Positions 45,295 to 55,740 are shown, counted from the stretch's first letter. The stretch: 64,000 bases of DNA from Candidatus Woesebacteria bacterium (GCA_020060105.1 JAGVAV010000023.1:14905-78904), one strand, 5' to 3'. Program-made: numbers and translations. Notes: generated by a model not told the origin, from the letters alone.

Positions 45295-46101
45295 ATGCGT
45301 CAATCAAAGTCTCCTCAACCTATCGAAACCTTAAAAACCAAGGTCGCTCCCGTCGAAATCGCTGTTTCCTATCTTCAACACGAATTTCATAAACTTTTCT
45401 CCGGCCAAAAAAGCGAGTTCTACGCGAAAGTTGACAACTTGATCAGCAGTTTTCCTGCTACCTTGGGAGAAAAGCACTTTTGGTACTTAGTTTCCGGCAT
45501 CTCTGAAGCCTATAAGTTCAAATGGGTCCATCGAACTCTCACTAACACCCAGTTTTGCTGGTCTCTGGAAAAAGTGAGGTTGGACGATGTCACCATGACT
45601 GGAATGAGCCCTTACATGGATAAAGTCTTAAAACAAGCCCAATGGACTCCTTCAAAATTTGCCAGGATCTGGAAAAGGGGCAGGCGATACACAAAAGCCA
45701 AAGAGGCGGAAGGAATCAGGCCTTATTCTCAAAGGGATTATTTTCCAATCTTGCTTAGAGAAAGCGATCGTCAGTTGAAGGTTTTTGATGGAATGCGAAG
45801 AACTTGCGTCGCCGCTCTCCAAGAAAAGGCCGACGTTATCGCCTGGGTCGGAAGGATTTGCCGCTCTAAAGGCTTTTCCCTAATCAATCCGGATAAGGTC
45901 CTGGCCTTAAGAGTCCTTTACGATAATTCCCCAACGAAGGATCAAAAGCTGCTAAAGGCGATACAGGTCATCATGCGAAGATATCTGAAACAGTATCGAA
46001 ATGGCGAAGAAGTCGTCAAAAACGTCTTATCGGAGTGGGAGGAAGACCCAAACCTAGCTAAAGTCGTCAAGGATATCTTGAAATCATCTCCTCGCCGATA
46101 A
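45295..46101 (+). CDS. Hypothetical protein
   Basis: ORF 13 nt after the CDF gene; no recognisable motifs. Confidence 0.45.
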   Translation: MRQSKSPQPIETLKTKVAPVEIAVSYLQHEFHKLFSGQKSEFYAKVDNLISSFPATLGEKHFWYLVSGISEAYKFKWVHRTLTNTQFCWSLEKVRLDDVTMTGMSPYMDKVLKQAQWTPSKFARIWKRGRRYTKAKEAEGIRPYSQRDYFPILLRESDRQLKVFDGMRRTCVAALQEKADVIAWVGRICRSKGFSLINPDKVLALRVLYDNSPTKDQKLLKAIQVIMRRYLKQYRNGEEVVKNVLSEWEEDPNLAKVVKDILKSSPRR

Positions 46102-46130
46102 ACGACAAAACAAGATTTTTTAATTAGATT

Positions 46131-46865
46131 ATGGCCAGTAATGAATCTAGTCAAAGAAAAATTAAAATTGCCGCCTTGGGAGATCTTCACACTCAGCCCT
46201 CCACGGCTGGCTCATTTAGAACAGTCTTTCGTAACATCTCTGAAAAAGCCGACCTTTTAGTATTGGCCGGGGATCTTACAGATCGGGGCCGCAGACAAGA
46301 AGCCGAATCTTTAGTCGAGCAGCTTTCTTTTTGCACTATTCCCATTTTAGGCGTCTTAGGAAATCATGATTACGAAAATAATAAACAGGAAGAAATAAAG
46401 AAGGTTCTCGCTCCAAAAATCCACTTTCTTGAAGAAGAGCCGGCGGTTTTTGGCGAAGTCGGTTTTGCCGGAGTCAAGGGTTTTGGGGGTGGCTTTGCTC
46501 CATATATGCTTGAACCATTTGGTGAAAACACGCTAAAGCATTTTGTTTATCGGGCTTTTGAAGAGGCTTTAAAACTAGAAACTTCCTTAGCCAAATTAAC
46601 CACCAAGAAAAAAGTCGTTGTTCTTCACTACTTACCCATTCGCCAAACCGCGGTAGGAGAACCAGAAGAAATTTACCCCTTCTTGGGCTCTTCCCGGCTG
46701 GAAGAGTCAATCAATTTTTTCCACGTCTCGGCAGTTTTTCACGGCCACGCCCATTTTGGCAGCTTTGAAGGAAAAACCAGCCGAGGAACGCCAGTTTACA
46801 ATGCGGCAATGTCGCTTCGAAAAAAACAAAACCCAGACCAGCCTTACCTTTTGATCAACCTCTAA
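46131..46865 (+). CDS. Metallophosphoesterase (Icc-like)
   Basis: GDLH, GDLTDRG, GNHDYE and GHAH motifs. Confidence 0.7.
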   Translation: MASNESSQRKIKIAALGDLHTQPSTAGSFRTVFRNISEKADLLVLAGDLTDRGRRQEAESLVEQLSFCTIPILGVLGNHDYENNKQEEIKKVLAPKIHFLEEEPAVFGEVGFAGVKGFGGGFAPYMLEPFGENTLKHFVYRAFEEALKLETSLAKLTTKKKVVVLHYLPIRQTAVGEPEEIYPFLGSSRLEESINFFHVSAVFHGHAHFGSFEGKTSRGTPVYNAAMSLRKKQNPDQPYLLINL

Positions 46866-47036
46866 ACTTTTTAACTTTTTTTTAACCTAAAGTTATTATT
46901 TCTCCTTAATTTCATACTGTCCTCTCCCAGTAAACAAATCCTCAGTAGAATTGACAGCCACCTGTTCTAATGTTAAAATTCAGGCGGAACAAGCTAAACC
47001 CGGCTTGCGAATCTTTATAGAACAAGGGGGGTAAAA

Positions 47037-48152
47037 ATGAGGCGACTGGAAATTACTGTCAACGGCTACCCACTGCATGCCGCCGGGTTGCCGCATTTTC
47101 CAAGGTTCTTCGCTAGAGACGCTTTGCTATCCGCTTTGATTTTAGCGGAGGCCGGTCAAAGAGCAAAGTCCTTCGAGATTCTTCAAAAAACCCTTCCGTT
47201 CTGCCTCGCCTACCAAGGCAAAAAGAAGGACCCCTTCACTGGGGAGTTACCAGGCAAGGTACCCCATGAGTGCCCGGGCGTCATCCTTCGCGATCTTTCT
47301 ACTCTTTACAACGCCTGCGACAGCACCACCTTATTCCTAATCGCCTTGGAGCTTTATCTTGACCTGACCGGAAACCAAGCCGTCCTCCTAGAACATCGAG
47401 AGAGCATCAAAGAAGCGACTGACTGCATTCTTAGTCATGTCAAGGAAGATGGTCTTTTTTGGGAAGATCCTTCTCTTTGCGGCGCATCTCGATTCGCCCT
47501 CAAGGTGACTTATTGGAAGGATTCCCAACTGCCGCGAGAAAGGGAAGAGCCTCTCTACCCAGTCGTTTACACCCTGGCCCATTTCCAGAACGCCGCCGGT
47601 CTCCGAAGCGCTGCTAGAATGAGCGGCTCGAGGGAGTTGTTCAACGCTGGGTCAAAAATGATCCAAGCGGGGTTGGAGAAGCTTTGGGGAGGGAGCGACT
47701 TTTTCATTGGTCTAGATCAAAACGGCCCGATCTCCGGCCCTTCCTCCGACTCGCTTCACCTCCTTTACTACCTCTCGCCAGCCGACATTCGAAGCGAATG
47801 GGTCGTGCGGATCGTCGAGTCGACCAAAACTCTGGAAACTCCCTTTGGCTACCTAGCCTTAGCGCCTGGTCTCGCGGAAAATGTCGTCGACGACTATCAC
47901 GCCCGAATTTGGCCTTGGGAACACGCTCTCATCTACGCCGCGGCGGAGAAGCATAACCTCACTCGCGTTCAAGAGGTCAGTTCAAGAGTTCTTAAGGGCC
48001 TTGAGATGTTTCCCAATGAGGAACCCGAAACTTTAATCTACAATCCTCACGAAAAGACTGTCTCGACGGCTGGCTGCCAATATCAACTCTGGACTTGGGC
48101 CGCCAAAGCTTACCTTGAAAGTAAGATTCCTTTGCCAGTTTCTGTCAGTTAA
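47037..48152 (+). CDS. (alpha/alpha)6-barrel glycoside-hydrolase-like protein (GDE_C / amylo-1,6-glucosidase-like), GC-rich
   Basis: HFPRFFARDALLSA resembles the GDE WFGRD block. TTGACA-17-TAAAAT promoter upstream. Family assignment is tentative. Confidence 0.4.
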   Translation: MRRLEITVNGYPLHAAGLPHFPRFFARDALLSALILAEAGQRAKSFEILQKTLPFCLAYQGKKKDPFTGELPGKVPHECPGVILRDLSTLYNACDSTTLFLIALELYLDLTGNQAVLLEHRESIKEATDCILSHVKEDGLFWEDPSLCGASRFALKVTYWKDSQLPREREEPLYPVVYTLAHFQNAAGLRSAARMSGSRELFNAGSKMIQAGLEKLWGGSDFFIGLDQNGPISGPSSDSLHLLYYLSPADIRSEWVVRIVESTKTLETPFGYLALAPGLAENVVDDYHARIWPWEHALIYAAAEKHNLTRVQEVSSRVLKGLEMFPNEEPETLIYNPHEKTVSTAGCQYQLWTWAAKAYLESKIPLPVSVS

Positions 48153-48293
48153 AACCAAGAGAGTGTCTTGCTTAAAGGCACTCTCTTTCCTCAACCAAAA
48201 AATAATGGGGCCTGTTGAATCTTGAATTAGCGCTCCCATCCCTTATCATGATAAGTGTTAACATTACTGTATTCTGATCAAAAAGGAGCGCCT

Positions 48294-48839
48294 ATGACGG
48301 AAGTAAACCCGGACAAAGAAAAACGGCCGGAAGAAATAGCCGCCGACCACGGCCAAAGTTTTAAACAGCTCTTAGAGTCTTTTGCCCGCGATAAAGCCTC
48401 CGCCGATGCCAAGGATGGAGACTATCTAATTACTCTGGTCGGAGAAGAAGCCGAAGGTTGGTACGCTCCTCAACTTTTAGGAGGTTTGGCTTGGGAAGAG
48501 CCGGACGAAGAAGAAAATCAACACCTGGAAGTAGTCGTCCAAGACATGCAGGATCTTCGTTTTATTCCTTATTTGAGAATCCGTTTAAAGCTGATCCGAG
48601 CAGACGGGGAAGAGGTGGAAGAAAAGGAGCAGCGCTTTATTTGGCATCCTTTCATTTACCATTACGGTGAAAACTGGGAAATTCCTGAAGAAGGAGACTA
48701 TTACGGAGAAATAACAATCAAGTCACCTGATTTTCGCCGCCATGACCTCGCTCGAGGTAAACGCTACCTTGAAGAGGTGAAAGTGAAAGTCGGGCCCCTT
48801 CACCTTACTCCAGGCCGGAAACCCCAGGCAAAAGAGTAA
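48294..48839 (+). CDS. Hypothetical acidic protein
   Basis: ATG 7 nt after AAAGGAG. Confidence 0.45.
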   Translation: MTEVNPDKEKRPEEIAADHGQSFKQLLESFARDKASADAKDGDYLITLVGEEAEGWYAPQLLGGLAWEEPDEEENQHLEVVVQDMQDLRFIPYLRIRLKLIRADGEEVEEKEQRFIWHPFIYHYGENWEIPEEGDYYGEITIKSPDFRRHDLARGKRYLEEVKVKVGPLHLTPGRKPQAKE

Positions 48840-48851
48840 TTCCAGTCAACC

Positions 48852-49889
48852 CTACGAAAACTGAGGCAAAAGCAATTGGGCGATAAAGAAGTAGAGAGTC
48901 AAGCTGGAAACATCTCTAATAACCGTCGCCAAAGGCCCGCTGGCAATCGCCGGATCCAACCCTCTTTTGGTGAAAAACCAGGGCATAAAAAGAGCCAAAG
49001 CCATCGCCATAATAATGGTGACAAAGACAGAGACGCCTAAAATCAACCCAATCACCAAGGCTTTTGTCCAAAGAAAGGAAAAGGCCGAAATTGCCAACCC
49101 TAAAGACAAAGCCAAGACCAAGGCAATTTTCACTTCGCGAATCGCGTAACCTTTGAAACCAAGCCTATGGTCTAAGGCCATGCTCCTTATGTAAAGCGTT
49201 TGAGTCTGAGCGCCCACCGCGTCAGCCATGTAAACGATCAGCGGAATAAAGGCGGCCAGAATCAAGTGTTCTCCCCAAGCCCCCTCAAAGAATTCCACGA
49301 TAAAAGCGGCCAAAATACCACCCAGTAGGCCAACCACTAACCAAGGCAGCCTCTTGTTAACATGAACCAAAGCGGACGCTTCAATAATACTTTTCGCCGG
49401 GTCCTCCAGGTGAATACCGGTTGAAAGTAAGTCATCTTCAATATTTTCGCTGTGCAAAACATTTAGAATGGTGTCGGAAGGAATTACTCCCAAAAAACGT
49501 CCGTCGCTTTCGGTAATGGGGATCGCTTTTAGACTATGCCGAATTGAAAGTAAAGCCACTCTCTCCTGAAGAGTGTGGGGCCGGGCGGTTACAAGGCTTT
49601 TTTGCATTATCTCCGAAACTTTCCTTTCTTTAGGCCAAGAAAAAAGTTCTTTGATGGAAACCACCCCAACCAATTTCTCAGAAGAGTCTAAAACGTAAAA
49701 GTAATTTAAGGATTCAAAATCTTTCGCTTTCTTTAAGAGTGTCTTTTCCACATCGGCAAGGGAAGCGTTGGGAGAAATCAAAGGAACCCGGTCGGTCATC
49801 AACCGAGCAGCCGCCTTTTTTGGAACGTTTTTCACTTCAAATTTGTTTATCCTTTTAGGAAAGCCTTGGGGCATAAGCTGCCTCCTCAA
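48852..49889 (-). CDS. mgtE: Magnesium transporter MgtE
   Basis: CBS pair followed by the MgtE membrane domain (IPLIVYMADAVGAQTQTLYIRSMAL). Confidence 0.8.
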   Translation of the reverse strand: MRRQLMPQGFPKRINKFEVKNVPKKAAARLMTDRVPLISPNASLADVEKTLLKKAKDFESLNYFYVLDSSEKLVGVVSIKELFSWPKERKVSEIMQKSLVTARPHTLQERVALLSIRHSLKAIPITESDGRFLGVIPSDTILNVLHSENIEDDLLSTGIHLEDPAKSIIEASALVHVNKRLPWLVVGLLGGILAAFIVEFFEGAWGEHLILAAFIPLIVYMADAVGAQTQTLYIRSMALDHRLGFKGYAIREVKIALVLALSLGLAISAFSFLWTKALVIGLILGVSVFVTIIMAMALALFMPWFFTKRGLDPAIASGPLATVIRDVSSLTLYFFIAQLLLPQFS

Positions 49890-52524
49890 CCGGGGGCGAA
49901 ACCTTCATCCTTCTGATTTCTTTAAAGAAATCAAAAATCGAAATGATAATCAGTCCGGAAGATATCGCCACTGTCCAGTTTAACAATCCGATAGGAGTAG
50001 TGCCAAAAATTTCGTTTACCGGGGAGTAAATCACGATAATCGTCGCTATCATTGAAATTACCGAAGCGAGAACAAGATATTTATTCACCAGTAAAGAGCG
50101 GGTGAGAACCCCTTTCCTAAAGGAGCGAAAACTAAAGGCATTAGCAATTTCTAAGCAAATTAACGTCAGCAGAGCGGTAGTTCTGGCGGTAGTCAAATCT
50201 TGATTAAAAACGTTTAGAGACAGGTAAAAGACCCCTAAAGTGATAAAACCCATTAGAGCCCCGGTGGCAATCAGCAAACCAATCAAGGACTCACTTAAAA
50301 CCTGCGAGTTTTTTCGCGGTTTTCTTTGCATCACGTCGGAGGAGGAAGGGTTAAAGCCTAGAGTAATGGCTGGTAAGTTATCCGTGACTAAGTTCATAAA
50401 CAAAATTTGTAAGGCTAATAAAGGCAGAGGCAAGCCGAGAAGAATACCTAAGAAGATAATCATCAGTTCGGCAAAGTTACAGGAAAGCTGGTAAGTGACA
50501 AACTTTTGGATATTGTAAAAGACCGTTCTTCCTTCGTCAATCGCCGCCACAATGGTCGAAAAATTATCATCCTTAAGCGTCAGATCGGCCACTTCCCGGG
50601 AAACGTCCGTCCCGTTCTTACCCATGGCGATACCAATGTGGGCCTCCTTTAAGGCCGGGGCGTCATTAACCCCATCTCCAGTCATAGTCACAATCTCTCC
50701 ATTTTTCTTTAAGGCTCGGACAATTCTGAGCTTATGCTCCGGTTTGACCCGGGCAAAAATACTGACCTTCTTAACCAATCTTGAGAGCTCCTCGTCCGTC
50801 AAACTATCCAATTCGCTGCCGGTCACCACATTTCCCCCCAAGTTTACCTGTCTTGAGATCGCCAAGGCAGTTTCTTTATGATCTCCGGTAATCATCTTGA
50901 CCTCTATTCCTCCTTCCCTGCACAACTTAAGAGCCTGAGCGACCTCTGGTCGTGGAGGATCCTCCATTCCCACCAAACCCAAAAAAATCAAATCTTTTTC
51001 AAAGTTATTTTTATCTGTTTTTTTCGCCGACTTAAAGGCCAAAGCCAAAGTTCTTAACCCCTCGGAAGTTAACTTCGCGTTAACCGCCAAAATCTTCTCC
51101 TTCTCTTTATCTTTAAACTCGACTATCCCATCAGCCATCTGTTTAGATTGGCAGAGATCCAAAAGAATTTCAGGAGCCCCTTTGGCATAAACTATGTGAC
51201 CTGAGCTTTCCTTCACCAAAACCGACATTAGTTTCCGCTCTGAACTAAAGGGAATTTCTTTTTCTCGGCTGGCTTTCAAGTCTTCTTTGTACACTCCCGC
51301 TTTGGCGGCCATAATTAATAGTGACACTTCCGTCGGCGTCCCCCTCGTCAAGTACTCTCGATCCGTCCCTTTTCTTTCAATAACCGCGTCGTTGCACAAC
51401 ACGGAGGCTTTCAGGAGAGTATTTAAAGTTAAATCGGAATAGGAAGCAATTTTTTTATTTTGGTAAATAAATTCTCCTTCTCCTTCGTAACCCACTCCAG
51501 TCAACTCTGCTAATTTATCACTAAAAAAGATTTTCCGAGCTGTCATTTCTCCTTTCGTAATCGTTCCTGTTTTGTCTGAACAAACCACCGTCGCTTCACC
51601 CAGGGTTTCAATAATCGACATTCGATTCACAACCGCGTTTTTCTTGGCCATCCGATAAGCTCCAGCGGCTAGAGTAGAGATTAAAACGACCGGAAATCCT
51701 TCCGGGAAGGCAGAGACGGATAAAGCAATCACCACTAGTAAAACCTCGACCAAGACTACCTCAGAAAAAGAAGCGCTCCTAAGAATCATCACTAGCCCCG
51801 TCAAAATAGAAATGCTAATTGCGACCACCACCATGTACTTGGCAATTCTGTTAACCTTTTTCTGAAGGGGCAATTCTTTTTCTACCGTCGAAACCAAACC
51901 AGCAATTTTACCAAAACGGGTGTTCATCCCCGAATGAAGAACTTTAGCCACGCACTTACCATTAACCACAAAAGTCCCCATGAAAAGAAGGTTTTCTTCT
52001 TTATAGTTTGTTGTTTTGGCCTCCATTTTCTTGATCTCCCTGGATTCTCCCGTTAAAACAGATTCATTCACCCTTAATTCCGTCGCCTCCAGAACAACCG
52101 CGTCGGCCGGAATCTTTTCCCCCGTTCTTAAAATAACGATATCACCCGGAACAATTTCTTTTGAAGGAACCTCTATTTCTTTTCCGCCCCGAATAACAAT
52201 GGAAACGGGCATGATCATGCTCTTTAATGCCTTGATGGCTTTTTCTGCCTTGAACTCCTGTAAAAACCCCGCTCCAACGGTCACCATGATAACCCCAAGA
52301 ATGGTGTAAGCCGTCACCGACTTCCCAAGGAGAAAGCAAATAATCATCACCACAAAAAGGAGGTAAACGATAAAGTTATGCTTTATTTGTCTGAAAAGAA
52401 TCTGGAATGGGGAAAGGTGGATAAGTTCTCTTATTTCATTATAACCATGCTCTTGTAGCCTCTGTTTCGCTTCCTTTTCGTCTAAACCGATTAACCTGGC
52501 AGGCATATTTTTTAAATTCCTCAA
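49855..52524 (-). CDS. Cation-transporting P-type ATPase, type II (Ca2+/Mg2+-type)
   Basis: DKTGTIT, KGAPE, MITGDHKETA and TGDGVNDAPALK motifs. Its 3' end overlaps the mgtE start by 35 nt. Confidence 0.85.
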   Translation of the reverse strand: MRNLKNMPARLIGLDEKEAKQRLQEHGYNEIRELIHLSPFQILFRQIKHNFIVYLLFVVMIICFLLGKSVTAYTILGVIMVTVGAGFLQEFKAEKAIKALKSMIMPVSIVIRGGKEIEVPSKEIVPGDIVILRTGEKIPADAVVLEATELRVNESVLTGESREIKKMEAKTTNYKEENLLFMGTFVVNGKCVAKVLHSGMNTRFGKIAGLVSTVEKELPLQKKVNRIAKYMVVVAISISILTGLVMILRSASFSEVVLVEVLLVVIALSVSAFPEGFPVVLISTLAAGAYRMAKKNAVVNRMSIIETLGEATVVCSDKTGTITKGEMTARKIFFSDKLAELTGVGYEGEGEFIYQNKKIASYSDLTLNTLLKASVLCNDAVIERKGTDREYLTRGTPTEVSLLIMAAKAGVYKEDLKASREKEIPFSSERKLMSVLVKESSGHIVYAKGAPEILLDLCQSKQMADGIVEFKDKEKEKILAVNAKLTSEGLRTLALAFKSAKKTDKNNFEKDLIFLGLVGMEDPPRPEVAQALKLCREGGIEVKMITGDHKETALAISRQVNLGGNVVTGSELDSLTDEELSRLVKKVSIFARVKPEHKLRIVRALKKNGEIVTMTGDGVNDAPALKEAHIGIAMGKNGTDVSREVADLTLKDDNFSTIVAAIDEGRTVFYNIQKFVTYQLSCNFAELMIIFLGILLGLPLPLLALQILFMNLVTDNLPAITLGFNPSSSDVMQRKPRKNSQVLSESLIGLLIATGALMGFITLGVFYLSLNVFNQDLTTARTTALLTLICLEIANAFSFRSFRKGVLTRSLLVNKYLVLASVISMIATIIVIYSPVNEIFGTTPIGLLNWTVAISSGLIIISIFDFFKEIRRMKVSPPVEEAAYAPRLS

Positions 52525-52665
52525 ACTGTTCCAACCGCTAACTTAAACTTATTTTACCAGCAGCCAAACTGCTTTTCAATCTTTAATTTAGGAGTATAAT
52601 GTTATTTAAAGTAAGGAGGGAACAGCTTCTTTAACCTTGTAACTAAACGTTAAGGAGAGAGAACC

Positions 52666-53337
52666 TTGGGTAAAAGTAACCGGCCAGCTCTTCCTAAAAG
52701 AGTAAGAGACGTGGTTTATAAACGTGATGGGGGAGTTTGTCAAACTCCTGGTTGCGGCCAAGAGAACAAGAGAAAGTTAACCTGCCATCATAAGGTCCCT
52801 GTTTCCCAGGATTCGTCCCTTTTTGACGATCCCGAGAACATCGAATTGCGCTGTGCAGGTTGCCACGGCATGATAAACAAAGGAACCTTAGTGATCATCA
52901 GAGGCAGCCAAGGAAAGCCTCTGGTTCACCTGTTAGTCACGCCAAACTCATTGACTTGGCTGCAAGCTGATGGAAACAAAGTTCTTATCTGGGCCCCGGC
53001 CACCAAGAAACGTGTCTGGCATGGGCGCCTTTACACGGAAGATTTTGTTTTTCCCGAGGCGGAAACGGTTTCTGAATACCAAGGCTCTGAGGAGGAAGTG
53101 CCTTGCATTCAACCGCGTTTTCTCAAAGCCCGCGCGGTCGCGGGGCAAAGGTTACTATCTCTAAAAAACGGGGCGGGGAAGGTAGTCGCTCGGCTATGGG
53201 TCCCTTTGGATCTGCGAAGTCGTCGTCAGGCCAAACATAAAGTCGGTCAAAAACATCCGCGGACGACTCCCCGAATCCAAAACGCTCCCTTCAGCTCTAG
53301 CGCTATCCACGCCCAAGTTGCCGTTAGAGCCTCCTAA
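52666..53337 (+). CDS. HNH endonuclease domain protein (GC-rich gene)
   Basis: CQTPGC...CHHKVPVS...N...CAGCHG HNH/zinc-finger motif. TTG start after AAGGAGAGAG. Confidence 0.6.
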   Translation: MGKSNRPALPKRVRDVVYKRDGGVCQTPGCGQENKRKLTCHHKVPVSQDSSLFDDPENIELRCAGCHGMINKGTLVIIRGSQGKPLVHLLVTPNSLTWLQADGNKVLIWAPATKKRVWHGRLYTEDFVFPEAETVSEYQGSEEEVPCIQPRFLKARAVAGQRLLSLKNGAGKVVARLWVPLDLRSRRQAKHKVGQKHPRTTPRIQNAPFSSSAIHAQVAVRAS

Positions 53338-53367
53338 CCTTAAAAAGTCCTAGGGTGCAAATACGAA

Positions 53368-53384
53368 GACACCCCGGGGGTGTC
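53368..53384. repeat. Perfect palindrome GACACCCC-GG-GGGTGTC (a relative of the CACACCC/GGGTGTG repeat)
   Basis: Seen directly; lies 30 nt after the HNH gene stop. Confidence 0.5.
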
Positions 53385-53453
53385 GTGGGTAGGGCAGGTG
53401 AGTATTTCGCCTGTCCTTTTTCTTTAAACTCCTAATTTCCCTTATCTTGTATA

Positions 53454-53732
53454 ATGAAGGGGATGATTAAACATTTCAACATCTCCATTGATGGACTCGT
53501 TCACGGAGTCTTTTTCCGCACTTCAGCCAAGCAGAAAGCAGATTATCTTAATCTCAAAGGCTTTGCCCAAAATGAGCCTGACGGCTCAGTTTATCTGGAA
53601 GTAGAGGGGGAGGAAGAAAATTTAGAAAAGTTTCTCACCTGGTGCCGAAAGGGTCCTCCCTTAGCGAAAGTGGAAAGAGTAGAAGTTACCAAAGGTCTAG
53701 TAAAAGGCTACAGTGACTTTGTGATTATCTAA
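53454..53732 (+). CDS. acyP: Acylphosphatase
   Basis: VHGVFFRTSAKQKADYLNLKGFAQNEPDGSV matches the acylphosphatase signatures. Confidence 0.75.
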   Translation: MKGMIKHFNISIDGLVHGVFFRTSAKQKADYLNLKGFAQNEPDGSVYLEVEGEEENLEKFLTWCRKGPPLAKVERVEVTKGLVKGYSDFVII

Positions 53733-53801
53733 TTCCGCCCGAAACGCTTCTCGTAATCCAATCCAACGAAAGATTGAAGTTGAGCAGATTTAAAAGCGGT
53801 C

Positions 53802-55310
53802 TTGAAAATGTTGCCCGCGACGTGTCATAATGCTTTTATGAGCTTTCAAGGAGGCGCTTTACTGTCTAAGTGGTTCATTCCTTTCCTCTTCCTTTGGAGT
53901 ATCTCCGTCGGAGAAATGTTTCCCGTCTGCGTGGAAAATTTCAACTGTTTTCCAGAAGTGGTCGATCCCTGGACGAAAGAAACTTTGGTGGCCAGTCCGG
54001 AAAGGTTTTTCTCTGTGGTGATCTTTTATCTGTTAATCGCCGTTTCCTTTTGGTTCCTTTACCGAAAGTTTCATTGGCCGCTGGTTTTACTCATCGCCGT
54101 TGCCTTCGGCCTGACGAAAGAGTTTCTTTTTAAGTCTCCGGAACCAAGTGATTTATTTTTAACCAGGGAACTCTTCGGCGCGACCGCCTTTTACACCTTG
54201 GCTTGGTCTGCAATGTTATTTCTCCCTTTCCTCCTATTTAAAGGGGTAAGTAGGATTTTAGGGAACCGGAGAAAGATCAAGACCGCGGTGCCAATCGTTT
54301 TATCCTTAGCCTTCCTTTTGTTTATCGCGGGCCACTTTTTCCCCCAGAGACCCGAGGAATCAGTTTCCGCGGTCGGATCGGCGCTCACGGATTGTCAAAG
54401 GAAGTTTACCCCCACCGTCAGCAACGGTCCGTATTATACCGGGGAGCTGTTTGACTCCCATTACCATATACCGATTCCTCCGGGAATGAGAGCAATGTTT
54501 ATGGATACGCCAACGCTGGGCAAGGATATTACTTTAAGTCAAATTCGCTGCACGCTTGACAAGGAAGGAGTCGAAAATGTTCTGGCTTTTTACATGCCGA
54601 AAAAAACCGATCGGCTTTCAATTCCCCAGGCCGCCGAAATAAAACAGTACTTGGGAAACCGGTTGTATTTGTTTATCTCGCCAGCGATTCTCAACGGGGC
54701 TGAACTGGAGAAAATTTTGAATGAAAATCCCGGTCTTTTCATCGGCATTGGGGAAATTGGTTTTTACGAGATTATCAATTTCTTGAAGCCTATTGATAGC
54801 CGCTGGGCCAAAAACATTTATCAAATCGCTACTAAGCACAACCTTCCAGTGATGTTTCACCCGGGAGATAATCAGCTGGATAAACTGGAAAAAATCTTGC
54901 AGCAGTTTCCTCAAACAACTTTTATCCTGCACGGTCACGAAATGGAACGGAAGATGGACGAGTTGATGGGTAAATATTCCAACATCTATTACTCAATTGA
55001 TTCGGCCTCTCTTTATCCTCTGCGGGGCAAGTTCATTTTTGGCCCGAAGGAAGAGTTTTTAGCCGAATTTAAAAAGGATTTCAAGGCCATCCTAGAGGAA
55101 AAGGTAAGTCTTTGGAAAGACACGATAAGCAGGTATCCCGATCGTTTCATGTGGGGGACTGACCGAAGCGTTAAATGGAATTACAGTGAGGAGATGAGTG
55201 TCTTGATGGAAGAATTCGCACGGGCTTTTATCGGCCGACTAGACCCCGCTGTCCAAGAAAAATTCGCCTACCAAAACGCTCAAAAGTTATTGAAGAAACA
55301 AAAGGAATAA
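53802..55310 (+). CDS. Membrane-anchored amidohydrolase-family (TIM-barrel metallo-hydrolase) protein
   Basis: About 5 N-terminal TM helices, then SHYHIP (HxH), HPGD, LHGHE and WGTDRS metal-ligand motifs. Start may be at 53835. Confidence 0.55.
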   Translation: MKMLPATCHNAFMSFQGGALLSKWFIPFLFLWSISVGEMFPVCVENFNCFPEVVDPWTKETLVASPERFFSVVIFYLLIAVSFWFLYRKFHWPLVLLIAVAFGLTKEFLFKSPEPSDLFLTRELFGATAFYTLAWSAMLFLPFLLFKGVSRILGNRRKIKTAVPIVLSLAFLLFIAGHFFPQRPEESVSAVGSALTDCQRKFTPTVSNGPYYTGELFDSHYHIPIPPGMRAMFMDTPTLGKDITLSQIRCTLDKEGVENVLAFYMPKKTDRLSIPQAAEIKQYLGNRLYLFISPAILNGAELEKILNENPGLFIGIGEIGFYEIINFLKPIDSRWAKNIYQIATKHNLPVMFHPGDNQLDKLEKILQQFPQTTFILHGHEMERKMDELMGKYSNIYYSIDSASLYPLRGKFIFGPKEEFLAEFKKDFKAILEEKVSLWKDTISRYPDRFMWGTDRSVKWNYSEEMSVLMEEFARAFIGRLDPAVQEKFAYQNAQKLLKKQKE

Positions 55311-55353
55311 GTAAAGGCCTCGATTCGCTAAATAGCACGAGGCCTAAGAAAAG

Positions 55354-55740
55354 CTAAACCCTCAAGATCTCCCTTAAACGTTCCTCCCACTCAGGAAGAC
55401 CCAAAGAGACTAATTCAGAATTATAAGGATAAAGATTCATAATCACCGTGCGGGCAATCAAAGCGACAATTTCTTCAGCCGCATCGGAAAAGACATCAAC
55501 GATTTCCCTTCTTTCTTCGGCCATTGTCTGAAGACAAACCTTAACTTCTTCCTGTAACTCTGGACGGTCGGTCAGCAAGTAATTTTCCAGAGTCACTCCA
55601 CCCCGGACATCCTCCGGAATGAGCATTCGCAACCGAAAACTGCAGCGTAATAGCTCTTCTACGTAGGAACGAAGGTCGCTCGTTCTCTCTTCCCCCAGGA
55701 TTTCCGCCAGGTCAATGGTCACCTTCATAACTCTCTCCAC
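55354..55740 (-). CDS. Hypothetical protein
   Basis: ORF only. Confidence 0.4.
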   Translation of the reverse strand: MERVMKVTIDLAEILGEERTSDLRSYVEELLRCSFRLRMLIPEDVRGGVTLENYLLTDRPELQEEVKVCLQTMAEERREIVDVFSDAAEEIVALIARTVIMNLYPYNSELVSLGLPEWEERLREILRV

